In this document: positions 53,633-63,208 of the stretch, in pieces
Layout: each line of letters opens with the position of its first letter
How positions within the stretch are numbered: position 1 is the first letter of the stretch
Source of the DNA: Deltaproteobacteria bacterium
GTDB taxonomy: Bacteria > Myxococcota_A > Polyangia > Fen-1088
Assembly (NCBI GenBank): GCA_033763315.1
Contig: JANRKS010000028.1
Span: 96,001 to 160,000 of the forward strand
Reading direction: 5' to 3'
DNA: 64,000 nucleotides
Position numbers and translations under genes: made by a program
The notes under the pieces: generated by a model
The model's input: the letters and a program-made list of their open reading frames with translations, nothing else
Databases searched by the model: none
Told to the model about the DNA's origin: nothing

Positions 53633-54334
53633 ATGACTGACGTCGCTGCGATTCCTGGCTTCTTCCAGCCGGTGAGTTCGCTGTCCCACCTGCTGGCAGC
53701 GGTGGTTGCGCTTGTCGGCGCACGGTCATTGGTCAAGCGTGGACGAGGCAACACAGTCACCATGGCGCTCCTCGGTGTGTACGTGTTTTGTGTCGTGGTC
53801 ACGCTGGGTATTAGTGGCGCCTATCACTCTCTTGCAGAGCGAACGTTGGCGCGCGCGCTCATGCAACGCTTGGACTACTACGCCATCTGGCTTTTGATCG
53901 CGGGCACCTTCACAGCCGTTCACGGCATCATGTTCAAGGGCCCGTTCTGGCGCACCGGCATGTTGATCTTCATTTGGGCCTACGCCTGCACAGGGATCTT
54001 CTTACAAATCATCCGATTCGACATCTTCAGCGGAGTGCCAGGCCTATTGCTTTATCTTGGCCTGGGCTGGACGGGAACATTGTCCATCGTAAAAATGGGC
54101 CGGCAAGTGGGCTTCCAGCGTGTGTGGCCGTTTTGGTGCGCTGGTCTTGCTTACACCGCGGGCGCCGTGCTCGAAGCGGTGGGCCATCCGGTGGTGATCG
54201 CACGCTGGGTGGGGCCCCATGAAGTCTTTCACTTCGCGGTGATCATCGGTGTGACGTTGCACTGGTTGTTCATCCACCGGTACGTCAATGGGCACGCGTC
54301 GCTGACACCACTGTTGGCCAAAACGCCCGCTTGA
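53633..54334 (+). CDS. Hemolysin III (PAQR) family membrane protein
   Basis: SSLSH, SGAYH, RLDYYAIWLLIAGTFT, YTAGA, HEVFHFAV...LH. Confidence 0.9.
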   Translation: MTDVAAIPGFFQPVSSLSHLLAAVVALVGARSLVKRGRGNTVTMALLGVYVFCVVVTLGISGAYHSLAERTLARALMQRLDYYAIWLLIAGTFTAVHGIMFKGPFWRTGMLIFIWAYACTGIFLQIIRFDIFSGVPGLLLYLGLGWTGTLSIVKMGRQVGFQRVWPFWCAGLAYTAGAVLEAVGHPVVIARWVGPHEVFHFAVIIGVTLHWLFIHRYVNGHASLTPLLAKTPA

Positions 54335-54457
54335 GGGTGGACCCACGCCTGGTAACGCTGGGCGTGACAAGTAACAGGCCGCAGTGCCAAACATGCGATT
54401 CGCCTGCGCCGCCTTATGGATCGCCGCTTGCAGCTCATTGTGGCGGGGGTGCTGATC

Positions 54458-55045
54458 ATGCGTGTATGGCGACAACATTGGAGCCTGTGGATCTTGGGCG
54501 CGTGCGTCTGCACGGCGGGAGCGATGGCCAACAACAGCGGAGCGAATGCGCAAGGCACGCAGCGGCCACCCCGCAAGGAATACCCTAGCAACATCAACAC
54601 GGAAAAGATCAAGCCTCCCGCGGTGTACAATGACGGGCGCGGCATCGCGCCGGCCTCAGCGGTTGTTGACGACACCGAAAAAGCGGCCCCTGCCGTTGAG
54701 GACAAGCCTGCCACAAAATCGGTGGGAACCAATCCGTTTCAAAAACAGATGGATGAACTTTGGCGCTGCCGCTATCAAGTGGCGATGAAGCAACGGATGG
54801 CGCCCGCGAAAATACGCGCAGGGCGTGTGCTCGTTCGCTTCAACGTCAACACAAAGGGCGAACCCATCAACACCGCCGTCGTCGCCGTTGAACCGGCGGA
54901 CGCATCTATCCTCACGTGCGTGAAGCAAGAGGTTGGACGCTGGCGGCTCTTGCCCCTGCCACGCGAACCGATGGCGATTGAAAGCGAGATTTCACTCGCC
55001 TTGCCTAAATCCGGCGCTGAAACAACTACGGCTTCGGGGACTTAA
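54458..55045 (+). CDS. Exported protein with AgmX/PglI/TonB-C-like domain
   Basis: Signal peptide; LWRC...AGRVLVRFNVNTKG...ILTCVKQEVGRWRL. Confidence 0.65.
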   Translation: MRVWRQHWSLWILGACVCTAGAMANNSGANAQGTQRPPRKEYPSNINTEKIKPPAVYNDGRGIAPASAVVDDTEKAAPAVEDKPATKSVGTNPFQKQMDELWRCRYQVAMKQRMAPAKIRAGRVLVRFNVNTKGEPINTAVVAVEPADASILTCVKQEVGRWRLLPLPREPMAIESEISLALPKSGAETTTASGT

Positions 55046-55514
55046 ACTCTGCAAGGATTAACGCCTCAACTCTATCGAGAAACGCACTTTGTGCGGCGTT
55101 GATCTTTTGCCGAGCTTCTTCGAGCAAAAACATTTTTGCCTGATCGACCTCAGGGAAGATTTGCATGCGTCCCGAACGAGGCGGCCATTCAAGGGGGAAG
55201 GTTTGTGCACACAACACGAAGTCTGCGGGAAGTTCGCCTTCGAACGCCCAAGCATGCACTTCCTTTCCCGCCTTCTGCGTCACTGATCCCAAGCTGTAGC
55301 ATTGCTCCGCAGGCGCGATACCAACCTCCTCTACAAACTCACGTCGCGCCGCTGCCTCTAAGGTTTCACCGCGTTCAGGCAGTCCCTTGGGTATCGTCCA
55401 AAACCCGAGATCTTTGTTACGAAAGAAGGGTCCACCTGGATGAACAAGAAGGACTGCAAGACCCTCGGCCCGGCGGCTGAACATCATCAGCCCTGCGCTT
55501 AACTTGCCGTTCAC
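55026..55514 (-). CDS. NUDIX hydrolase
   Basis: LVHPGGPFF, WTIPKG...ETLEAAARREFVEEVG, EWPPRSG..FPEVD. Confidence 0.9.
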   Translation of the reverse strand: MNGKLSAGLMMFSRRAEGLAVLLVHPGGPFFRNKDLGFWTIPKGLPERGETLEAAARREFVEEVGIAPAEQCYSLGSVTQKAGKEVHAWAFEGELPADFVLCAQTFPLEWPPRSGRMQIFPEVDQAKMFLLEEARQKINAAQSAFLDRVEALILAEFKSPKP

Positions 55515-55539
55515 AAGGCAAGCGTAGCAAAGTGTGACG

Positions 55540-56361
55540 TCATCTGTGAGTGTTCATTTCTATCGGCGCGGAAGCTTCGTCCTCGCGCACCTGTTGCGGT
55601 GCCGCTTCTCCGGGCGCTTGTCGCACAGAACGTTCATCAAGTGGTTGTTCAAGTCTAACTTTTGTAAGCGCGAGCTCATCTGTTAAGTCGAGCTTCAACG
55701 GCGTGAGTGAGATCCAATCGCGCTCAACCGCCCAGCGATCTGTGCCTTCTTCGGCCTTTTCAAGCGCACGAACTGTGAACCAAAAAAGATCGCGGCCCAG
55801 AGGATCTTTGGTTGGAACGATGCGGCCGTCATATTGACGAACCGATACGCGCGTCCACACCAAACCACGTGGCTCACGCGGAAAGTTGATGTTGATCAAG
55901 TTTAGATTGGGCTGCGCAATTACAATTTCAATCGCGCGTCGAATCCAAAGCTTGTACGCGCTGAAGTCCGGCGCCACCGTGGCTGGAGCGCTAAGCGCCA
56001 CACCACGGATGCCAAGCAATGCCGCTTGCTTCGCGGCCGCCAAAGTTCCTGAATGCCAGATCGAAGTGCCAAGATTGAGGCCAATGTTCAACCCCGAGAG
56101 CACTAGATCCACTTCACCCCAAAGGTGTGCACCGAGCGCCACACAGTCAGCCGGTGTTCCATCGACGCGGTAACCCGCAACACCTCCGATGTTGGTTTCA
56201 CGATAAGAAAGCGGGCGCGTGTGTGTCACGGAGTGCCCCGCCGAAGATCGCTCTCCATCGGGCGCCACCACGCGAACAGATCCAAACTCTGCGGCTACGT
56301 CCGCCAGCAACGCGATCCCCGGGCTGTATATGCCATCGTCATTCGATACCAAGATTCGCAC
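55540..56361 (-). CDS. surE: 5'/3'-nucleotidase SurE
   Basis: RILVSNDDG, VDGTPADCV, LSGLNIGLNLG..HSGT; GTG start. Confidence 0.93.
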   Translation of the reverse strand: MRILVSNDDGIYSPGIALLADVAAEFGSVRVVAPDGERSSAGHSVTHTRPLSYRETNIGGVAGYRVDGTPADCVALGAHLWGEVDLVLSGLNIGLNLGTSIWHSGTLAAAKQAALLGIRGVALSAPATVAPDFSAYKLWIRRAIEIVIAQPNLNLININFPREPRGLVWTRVSVRQYDGRIVPTKDPLGRDLFWFTVRALEKAEEGTDRWAVERDWISLTPLKLDLTDELALTKVRLEQPLDERSVRQAPGEAAPQQVREDEASAPIEMNTHR

Positions 56362-56373
56362 CTGCTTGGCTGC

Positions 56374-56389
56374 AGCAAGACAAGTGCCA
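56374..56389 (-). promoter_or_regulatory. Sigma54 promoter upstream of surE
   Basis: Minus strand TGGCAC-TTGTC-TTGCT, an exact match to TGGCAC-N5-TTGCW. Confidence 0.7.
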
Positions 56390-56442
56390 CGCTGTCGGCG
56401 GCCCGCTTCTTGCGCATGAATGAGGACAAACGAGAGGCACTC

Positions 56443-57315
56443 ATGAATGTAGGACTTGTTTATCATCCCGCTGCCGGTGGCGGCGTTTCGCCCGAGGAAC
56501 TTACGCTTACGCTGTCACGTCAGGGTTACAACGTTGTCGTGACTATGGATCACGTCGAAGACGCAAGCCGTCTGCACCAGCACAACGTCCAGCTGATGGT
56601 CGTGGCCGGAGGAGATGGCACAATCTCGCGCGCAGCGCTTGCGCTGCAGAACACAGATCTGCCCTTAGGGATCTTGCCCATGGGCACTGCCAACAACATC
56701 GCAACGACTCTGGGCATAAGTAGCGATCCTGAAGAACTGATGCAACGATGGAGAGCGGCAGAGCTGCTGAAGCTGGATGTTGGTCTATTCAAACAAGGGT
56801 CTTCGAGCCGCTTCTTTGTTGAGGGTACAGGTGGCGGCCTGTTGCCCGCAGGCATCGCCGCCATGGACGCGGAGCCCCGAGATGAAACGCACGATCCCGC
56901 AGACAGCATCCGCCGGGCCATTCGCACCTACCGCCGCGTGTTCGCTTCCTTGGGCGCGCGGCCCATCCATCTCACTTTGGACGGCGAAGACTCGGAAGAG
57001 TCATTGCTCCTGCTTGAGATCCTCAACATAAAATCCGTGGGCTCGCAAGTCGTGTTGTCGTTGCACACAGAGCCCGATGATGGCTTCTTAAGCGTCGTGA
57101 CTGCCGGCGAGGCGCAACGGCACGAGATAGACACCTACCTTGAACGGCGGCTCAATGGCATCGTCGGGCATTTGCCGCTGCCAGTTCGGCGGGCACGGCA
57201 CGTCAAGGTGCGTGGGTGGGACGCCATGCACGTCGATGACGAGGTCCGCGGCACCAACGCCGATGAGGAGATCGAGATCCAGGTGGTCGAGGGCGCTGTC
57301 AACGTCCTGGTTTAG
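56443..57315 (+). CDS. Diacylglycerol kinase family (DAGKc/YegS-like) lipid kinase
   Basis: HPAAGGG, AGGDGTI, ILPMGTANNIA, MHVDDE; SD GAGAGG. Confidence 0.9.
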   Translation: MNVGLVYHPAAGGGVSPEELTLTLSRQGYNVVVTMDHVEDASRLHQHNVQLMVVAGGDGTISRAALALQNTDLPLGILPMGTANNIATTLGISSDPEELMQRWRAAELLKLDVGLFKQGSSSRFFVEGTGGGLLPAGIAAMDAEPRDETHDPADSIRRAIRTYRRVFASLGARPIHLTLDGEDSEESLLLLEILNIKSVGSQVVLSLHTEPDDGFLSVVTAGEAQRHEIDTYLERRLNGIVGHLPLPVRRARHVKVRGWDAMHVDDEVRGTNADEEIEIQVVEGAVNVLV

Positions 57316-58856
57316 GCGTGACGCTCGTGAGGTCTCAGCGCTGCAAGCAATTTGTCGAGGCTCGCAGGCTTTGTCACGTGCGCATCGAATCCGGCGGCGG
57401 CGGTGCGGCGGATGTCATCGGGTTGGCCGTATCCGGTGAGCGCCACCAAATGAATTGAATCCCCCAAAGCCAGCCGCACGCGCTCTGCCACTTGATAACC
57501 GTTTAAGTGAGGCAACCCAATGTCAACCATGGCCACGTCCGGCCGCAGCCGCGTTGCCAACCGCAAGCCCTGTTCACCATCTGCAGCCACATCCACGCGG
57601 TGGCCGAAAGCCTCCAGCAAATCCTTAAGGCCTTCACGGTTGTCCTCGTTGTCTTCCACGACAAGCACGTGCAAGGACGCATCCTGGATGGCCGCCATTT
57701 CAACCGTCGCGGATTGCGCTGCGCGGGACAAGAGCAGCGGAAGGCGCACGGTGAACTCGGAACCTTTACCCTCTCCGTCGCTGCTCACCGCGATGGTTCC
57801 CCCGTGCAGCTCGACTAGCCGCCGCACCACCGTCAAGCCGATGCCGAGCCCACCTTGCGAGCGATCGAGCGACCGCTCTGACTGAACGAAAATGTCGAAC
57901 ACGCGCGAGATCACTTTGGGTGAGAGGCCAAGCCCCGTGTCGGCAACTTTAATCACCACCGCATCGCCTTCCACCGACGCCGTCACGCGCACATGCCCAC
58001 CCGCAGGGGTGTACTTGATCGCATTGGTCAGCAAATTGGTGAACACCTGCTCAAGCCGCGTGGCGTCGCCGTTGACCGTTAGTCGTTGCGAGCCGAGGTC
58101 AACGCGGAGACCAAGCCGCTGTTTGGCAAACAAAGGTTCAAGCGGGCCAAGGGCACTCGTCAATATCTCGCGCACGTCGATGTCTTTTCGCGACAAGGAG
58201 ATCTTTCCCGTGGTCACGCGCGACACATCCAGCAATTCGTCGACCAAACGAACCAGGTGATCGCATTGCCGTCGCATCACTTGCAAAGGGCGGGGCAAGG
58301 GTTCCGCTTGGCTCACGCGCATCAGGTCCACAGCTTGCGAGATGGCCGCCAAAGGGTTGCGAAGTTCGTGACCCAACATGGCCAAGAACTGATCGCGTTG
58401 CAAGATTTCATTTTCACGGTGGTAAAGCAGCTCGCGGACTTCGCACTGCCGCCGTCTGGCGCGCAAGGCTGCCTTCGTGGCCGACACCATGGTAAAGCGC
58501 GACACGGGGCGCTCAAGTACGGTGACGTTTCCCAACATACGTGAGATGCGCATCGCGCGCGCTTCGTCGCTCTCGCCGCGCCCCAGAAACACCAAGATGG
58601 GAACGTCAGACCATGGTGGCTGCGACTCGACCGCGGTTTCCATCAAACGCAGATTGCCCGGCGTAAGCGACTCCTGCGTGACAATGATTGCGCCTACGCC
58701 GTTGCGCAGCTCATCCAGCAACTGCGCAACCGACGCAAAGAGCGTGGCCTTGATGTTGGCGCCTTCTAGCGTTGAAGACACGATGCTGCCATCACGCCCA
58801 AACGGCGCGTGGACCAGCACCCGCTGATCGTTGGCGGTGATCTCAAGCGTCTTCAT
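57312..58856 (-). CDS. Hybrid histidine kinase (degenerate REC-HisKA-HATPase-REC)
   Basis: MLGHELRNPL, NLLTNAIKYT, DTGLG, GGLGIGL, C-terminal VEDN...DIGLP...GFDAHVTKP. Confidence 0.93.
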   Translation of the reverse strand: MKTLEITANDQRVLVHAPFGRDGSIVSSTLEGANIKATLFASVAQLLDELRNGVGAIIVTQESLTPGNLRLMETAVESQPPWSDVPILVFLGRGESDEARAMRISRMLGNVTVLERPVSRFTMVSATKAALRARRRQCEVRELLYHRENEILQRDQFLAMLGHELRNPLAAISQAVDLMRVSQAEPLPRPLQVMRRQCDHLVRLVDELLDVSRVTTGKISLSRKDIDVREILTSALGPLEPLFAKQRLGLRVDLGSQRLTVNGDATRLEQVFTNLLTNAIKYTPAGGHVRVTASVEGDAVVIKVADTGLGLSPKVISRVFDIFVQSERSLDRSQGGLGIGLTVVRRLVELHGGTIAVSSDGEGKGSEFTVRLPLLLSRAAQSATVEMAAIQDASLHVLVVEDNEDNREGLKDLLEAFGHRVDVAADGEQGLRLATRLRPDVAMVDIGLPHLNGYQVAERVRLALGDSIHLVALTGYGQPDDIRRTAAAGFDAHVTKPASLDKLLAALRPHERHA

Positions 58857-60333
58857 CGGTTAGCAGCGGCGCTGTTTCGCCTACGTAGGTGGGAATGCCC
58901 GTTAAGATTCCTTTGAAAGCTTCAAGCGGCGCACCTATGTGTAGACCGTTCTTTCCGAACCGCATCTCACGGATCGTCTTCTCGTGGATCCCGCCGCGCT
59001 TCTTCAACATCGATATGGCATGGCGGATGTGACCAGCGGCCTCGAAATGCCGGAGCATCACAACACAGTCGGCCAGGTAGCTGACGTCCACAGGGGACTG
59101 CATGCCAGGCCCCAGCATCCCGTGTTGCGCCATCACAAGGATGCTGATGACTCCGTGTTGCCCAAGGAAGGTCAGCATCTCGTGCAGCTGCAACGTGAGG
59201 AAGCTCTCCTCGGGCATCGCCTGGATGTAACCGTTCAGGCTATCGATCACCACCACCCGGACCTGCCGTTCGTCCACGGCGCGCCGGACAAGTGAAGCAA
59301 ACTCGCCAGGCGACATCTCCGCCGGATCAATCTGCTGCAGTGTGATCCGTCCGTTATCGATGTTTTCCTGTAGTGGAATGCCAAGGTCGTGTGCGCGTCC
59401 ACACACGGTGTCGCGGTTCTCGTCGAACGCAAAGATGGCGGCGTTCTCGCCTCGGACAGCGCTGGCCACCGCACACTGAAGGGCCAGCGTAGATTTGCCG
59501 GTGCCCGTGGGCCCCATAAACACGGTGCTGCTTCCTCGCGTTAAGCCGCCGCCAAAAAGCGCGTCCAGGGAGGGCAAGCCAGTGGATTGCTGTTCGCGTG
59601 TGTACGATGCCCGGTGCTCGAAGGCGACGAGGCGCGGAAACGCAACGATGCCCCCACGGCGTATTTCGAAATCATGGTAGCCACCGCGAAAATGAACGCC
59701 CCGCAACTTTACAACGCGCAGTCGGCGCCGTGAGGCCCCATACAAGGGCGAAAGATGTTCCAGCAACAACACACCGTGCGCCAAACTTTGCAACTGCAGA
59801 TCGCCTGCCTCCGATGTGCGGTCATCCAAAAGCAGAACCGTGCATTGACGACCAATGAAGAATTGCTTTAGTGAAAGCACCTGCCGCCGGTAGCGAAGCG
59901 CGCTTTGCGACAACAACCGTAGTTCGGACAGAGAATCAAATACAACGCGCGTGGGCCGCACTCGCTCCACTTCCGCCAACAACAAACGGGCCGTTTCGTT
60001 CAGCTCAACATCGGCCGGGTGAAACAAAGAGTTCTCTTCGTCCGAAGTCAGCCGCTCAGGCGGCGTCAGCTCAAACAAAGCAATGTGATCGAGCGACCAG
60101 CCATGCGAATCTGCCACGCCAAGCAGTTCTTCTTTCGTTTCCGAAAGTGTGATGTAAAGGCCTCGCTCGCCGCATTTGACACCCTCAAGCAGGAACTGCA
60201 GCCCAAGCGTGGTTTTGCCTGCACCAGGATCTCCTTGCGCCAGAAACAAACGGTTGCGTGGCAAGCCGCCGTCGAGCACCTCGTCGAGACCTGAGATTCC
60301 GGTTGAAGCGATCCGTTCCGCAGCTGCAGCCAT
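58843..60333 (-). CDS. KaiC-like double RecA-fold ATPase
   Basis: Two Walker A motifs (GDPGAGKT, GPTGTGKS), DSL Walker B twice, VSYLAD at the KaiC phosphosite position, KLRG/KKRG; overlaps the kinase start. Confidence 0.92.
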   Translation of the reverse strand: MAAAAERIASTGISGLDEVLDGGLPRNRLFLAQGDPGAGKTTLGLQFLLEGVKCGERGLYITLSETKEELLGVADSHGWSLDHIALFELTPPERLTSDEENSLFHPADVELNETARLLLAEVERVRPTRVVFDSLSELRLLSQSALRYRRQVLSLKQFFIGRQCTVLLLDDRTSEAGDLQLQSLAHGVLLLEHLSPLYGASRRRLRVVKLRGVHFRGGYHDFEIRRGGIVAFPRLVAFEHRASYTREQQSTGLPSLDALFGGGLTRGSSTVFMGPTGTGKSTLALQCAVASAVRGENAAIFAFDENRDTVCGRAHDLGIPLQENIDNGRITLQQIDPAEMSPGEFASLVRRAVDERQVRVVVIDSLNGYIQAMPEESFLTLQLHEMLTFLGQHGVISILVMAQHGMLGPGMQSPVDVSYLADCVVMLRHFEAAGHIRHAISMLKKRGGIHEKTIREMRFGKNGLHIGAPLEAFKGILTGIPTYVGETAPLLTDEDA

Positions 60334-60589
60334 CATCGCCAGTTTAGCCGCCTAAAGTTGTGTGGCTAGCCACAAACGCAACCCGCCGGCGCAGAGCAAA
60401 TCAGGTCTTTTTCGGCGTTTTTGCGCCTTTTGTCTTTGTTAAGTAACACCGCGGAGCGAACAGCGTTACTTGCGTAGGGCCGGGGTAACAAGCCAAATAT
60501 TTTAGGCCACAAACCGATTTCAATTCCGCCAAATCCACACAACGCTTGGCACACATAGACATGACAGCCCAACCTTGCGATTGTAGGGC

Positions 60590-61354
60590 ATGCGTATCTG
60601 CACTTGGAATGTGAACGGCATCCGCGCCCGGCACGTAGAAGTGCAGCGGTTGGCCGACGAGCACCAGCCAGATTTGCTGTGCCTACAAGAGATCAAAGCC
60701 ACGTCGGATCAAGTCCCCGAGCCGCTCACTTTGTTGCGCAACTATGCAAGTCTGTGGCATGGGGCACCGCGAGGCTACTCAGGCGTGAGCCTGCATGTGC
60801 GGCGCAAAGGCGCGGCGGATTCCGGGCCCAACCACAAGATGTTCTCGCACCCTTCCTTCGACTTCGAAGCGCGCATCGTCGAGGCGGACATTGAGACGGC
60901 CTTCGGCCTCATGACCATTGCGTCAGTCTACGTGCCCAACGGTGGCAAGGACTTTGGCGCCAAGCTTCGCTTCTTGGAGGCATTGGTGGTTCACGCCGAC
61001 AACCGCCCCAAGGATCGCCCGTATGTCATCTGCGGTGATTTGAATGTGGCTCACACAGATGCAGACGTTCACGAACGCTTTCGCAAGTTCGGCGTCGTTG
61101 GCCAACTTCCCGAAGAACGAAATACATTCACAGCCTTGCTGGCCACCGGACTTCGCGATGTGGTTCGCAGCATGGCGCCGAGCGACGATCAGTTGTTCAC
61201 TTGGTGGCCGCCCTGGCGGCAAGAAAAGCAGAAGAACCGAGGCTGGCGCATCGACTACGTCTTGGCCAGTGAGACTCTCAAGCCCCAGCGGTTCGAGGTT
61301 CTCAGAGAGTTTGGCACCAGCGATCATGCGCCGCTGCTTGTCGATCTTGCGTAG
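60590..61354 (+). CDS. xth: Exodeoxyribonuclease III
   Basis: TWNVNGIRAR, LQEIK, YSGV, YVPNG, GDLNVAH, GWRIDY, SDHAP. Confidence 0.95.
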   Translation: MRICTWNVNGIRARHVEVQRLADEHQPDLLCLQEIKATSDQVPEPLTLLRNYASLWHGAPRGYSGVSLHVRRKGAADSGPNHKMFSHPSFDFEARIVEADIETAFGLMTIASVYVPNGGKDFGAKLRFLEALVVHADNRPKDRPYVICGDLNVAHTDADVHERFRKFGVVGQLPEERNTFTALLATGLRDVVRSMAPSDDQLFTWWPPWRQEKQKNRGWRIDYVLASETLKPQRFEVLREFGTSDHAPLLVDLA

Positions 61355-61474
61355 GCTCCGCCCCCTCTAGGCATTTTGTCCTAAGGTAAAAGCGCGGAAT
61401 GGGCAGGTCCGTCTTACGCCGTTAGCCTTAGTCGCAAGGGGCCATGTGTTGTTGGCCCCAAGACGGGAGGCTTC

Positions 61475-63199
61475 ATGGCAGTTCGTAGGCCCGCCATCGG
61501 TGCATTTGGCTTTGGTTTGGCGCTCGGATCTCTGGTCGTGTCCAGCTGTTCGGGCAAAGTGGACAGCGCGGCACAAGGGGAGTCCGGCGAGGACGCCCCG
61601 CCGGGCAATGGAGATGATGGTGCCGAAACGGTACCTCCGGGCCAGGTGCCCGATGCCGATCGATGCGCAGAACTTCGTGCCGCAAGGCTGCTGCCGACCT
61701 CGGCTACCATGCGGCGGCTGTCGTGGGACGAGATCAACAACGCTTGGACCGACCTGTTTCCGCAGACACGGCCCATCGAGCTTGCCGCGCAGGCCGAAAC
61801 TTCAAATCTCCCCCTACGTACGCAGACTAACCTGGAGATCAACGAAACCTTCATTCGAACATATCGTCCAGCGTTGGAGACTTTCATTGGCCGCGCCGCT
61901 CAAGCGCTCATCACCACAGGTAACTGCAGATCCATGAGCGCCGCCTGCCTTGAGGGCGAACTTTTGCAAACGGCGAAGCGCGCGTGGCGCCATAATCTGG
62001 AGCCCGAAGAAAGAACGTTCCTGCAAAGCAAGTTGGCCGCTTGGACGGCAGAGGTGGGGGCCGTGGAAGGGTTCGCGGCCGCCTTGCAATTGGTGCTGAC
62101 CTCGCCACGGTTTTTGTTCCTCGCAGATCCAGGCGCGTTCAAGAGCGACGAAGCTGAAGACACCCACTATACCGCCACGGGGGACCGGCTTGCAGGTTTG
62201 TGGGCCGCCGCCGTGTGGGCCAGCGTGCCCGATGATGCCCTACTGGCAGCAAGCGCCAACGGTGATCTGAAAGACAACACCGGCCGAGAACAGGCTTTGG
62301 ATCGAATGTTGGCGGATCCACGTGCGAAACGGGGCTTCACCGCGATGTTCCGTGCGTGGTTCGCGCACAACCAAGTGATGAAGGCCGTCAAGGATGAGGC
62401 GCTTTATCCAGCCTTTAACGATGACGTGCGCAAAGAGATGTTGGCCGACACCGAAGCCACGCTGAGCGAACTTGTTTTTGACGCCAAGGAAACGCCCAAT
62501 GCGTTGCTTTCGTCTTCGTTGGGTTCGCCTGGCACCAAAATGGTGGAGCTTCTGGGATGGAACAAGAAAAACATCGCAGCGAAGCGGCAGGATCTACAAA
62601 GAGTTGGCCGCCATGGCATCGCCACGCACCCAGCCGTGTTGGCCATAACGTCTAAATCAGCGGGCACCAGCATCGTCAACCGCGGCCGTTTTGTGGTTGA
62701 GAAGCTGGCGTGTGGCCACGTGCCGCCGCCACCAAAGAATTTGGACATCGATCAAGTCAAACTTGAGGAGGAAGCCATGCGCCTCTCGGGCCGCCAGGTC
62801 GCACAAATGCATGCAAGCGATCCTGCCTGCGCCACATGCCACCGCTTCATGGATCCCTTCGGCATGGCGTTTGAGAACTTTGATCCGATTGGCCGCGAGC
62901 GGACGCTAGACAATGGCTTTGCCATCGACACATCGGTTGAGCTCAACGACGCCTTGGGCATCACTGGAAAGTTTGCAGGGGCTGCAGAGCTGCTGAACGC
63001 CGTGGCCACAACCGGGCGCGCGGAACACTGCTTCGCCAGCAACTTTGCCGGGTTCGTCATGCCCGTCACATTTTCAGAAACGCAAGCGTGCGCGCTGACG
63101 CCTGAGCACAAAAACGGCGAGATGCCCTCGATGTTGAGCATCGCGCGGACGTTCTTGCTCTCTGACCTCTTCCTTCTTCGTTCGCAAGCTTCCTTATAG
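61475..63199 (+). CDS. Second DUF1592/DUF1588-type lipoprotein with CxxCH motif
   Basis: SSC lipobox; MRRLSWDEINN; SPRFLF; WASVPDDALL; TSIVNRG; CATCH..MDPFGMAFENFDPIGRER; SD GGGAGG. Confidence 0.9.
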   Translation: MAVRRPAIGAFGFGLALGSLVVSSCSGKVDSAAQGESGEDAPPGNGDDGAETVPPGQVPDADRCAELRAARLLPTSATMRRLSWDEINNAWTDLFPQTRPIELAAQAETSNLPLRTQTNLEINETFIRTYRPALETFIGRAAQALITTGNCRSMSAACLEGELLQTAKRAWRHNLEPEERTFLQSKLAAWTAEVGAVEGFAAALQLVLTSPRFLFLADPGAFKSDEAEDTHYTATGDRLAGLWAAAVWASVPDDALLAASANGDLKDNTGREQALDRMLADPRAKRGFTAMFRAWFAHNQVMKAVKDEALYPAFNDDVRKEMLADTEATLSELVFDAKETPNALLSSSLGSPGTKMVELLGWNKKNIAAKRQDLQRVGRHGIATHPAVLAITSKSAGTSIVNRGRFVVEKLACGHVPPPPKNLDIDQVKLEEEAMRLSGRQVAQMHASDPACATCHRFMDPFGMAFENFDPIGRERTLDNGFAIDTSVELNDALGITGKFAGAAELLNAVATTGRAEHCFASNFAGFVMPVTFSETQACALTPEHKNGEMPSMLSIARTFLLSDLFLLRSQASL

Positions 63200-63208
63200 G
63201 GGTGAACC

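Noticed and set aside
53633-54334. Hemolytic toxin
   Set aside because: The HlyIII/PAQR family is a widespread membrane-homeostasis family; the name is not evidence of toxicity.
58843-60333. Circadian clock locus
   Set aside because: No kaiA/kaiB in the window, SY instead of ST, and the context matches non-clock KaiC-kinase pairs.
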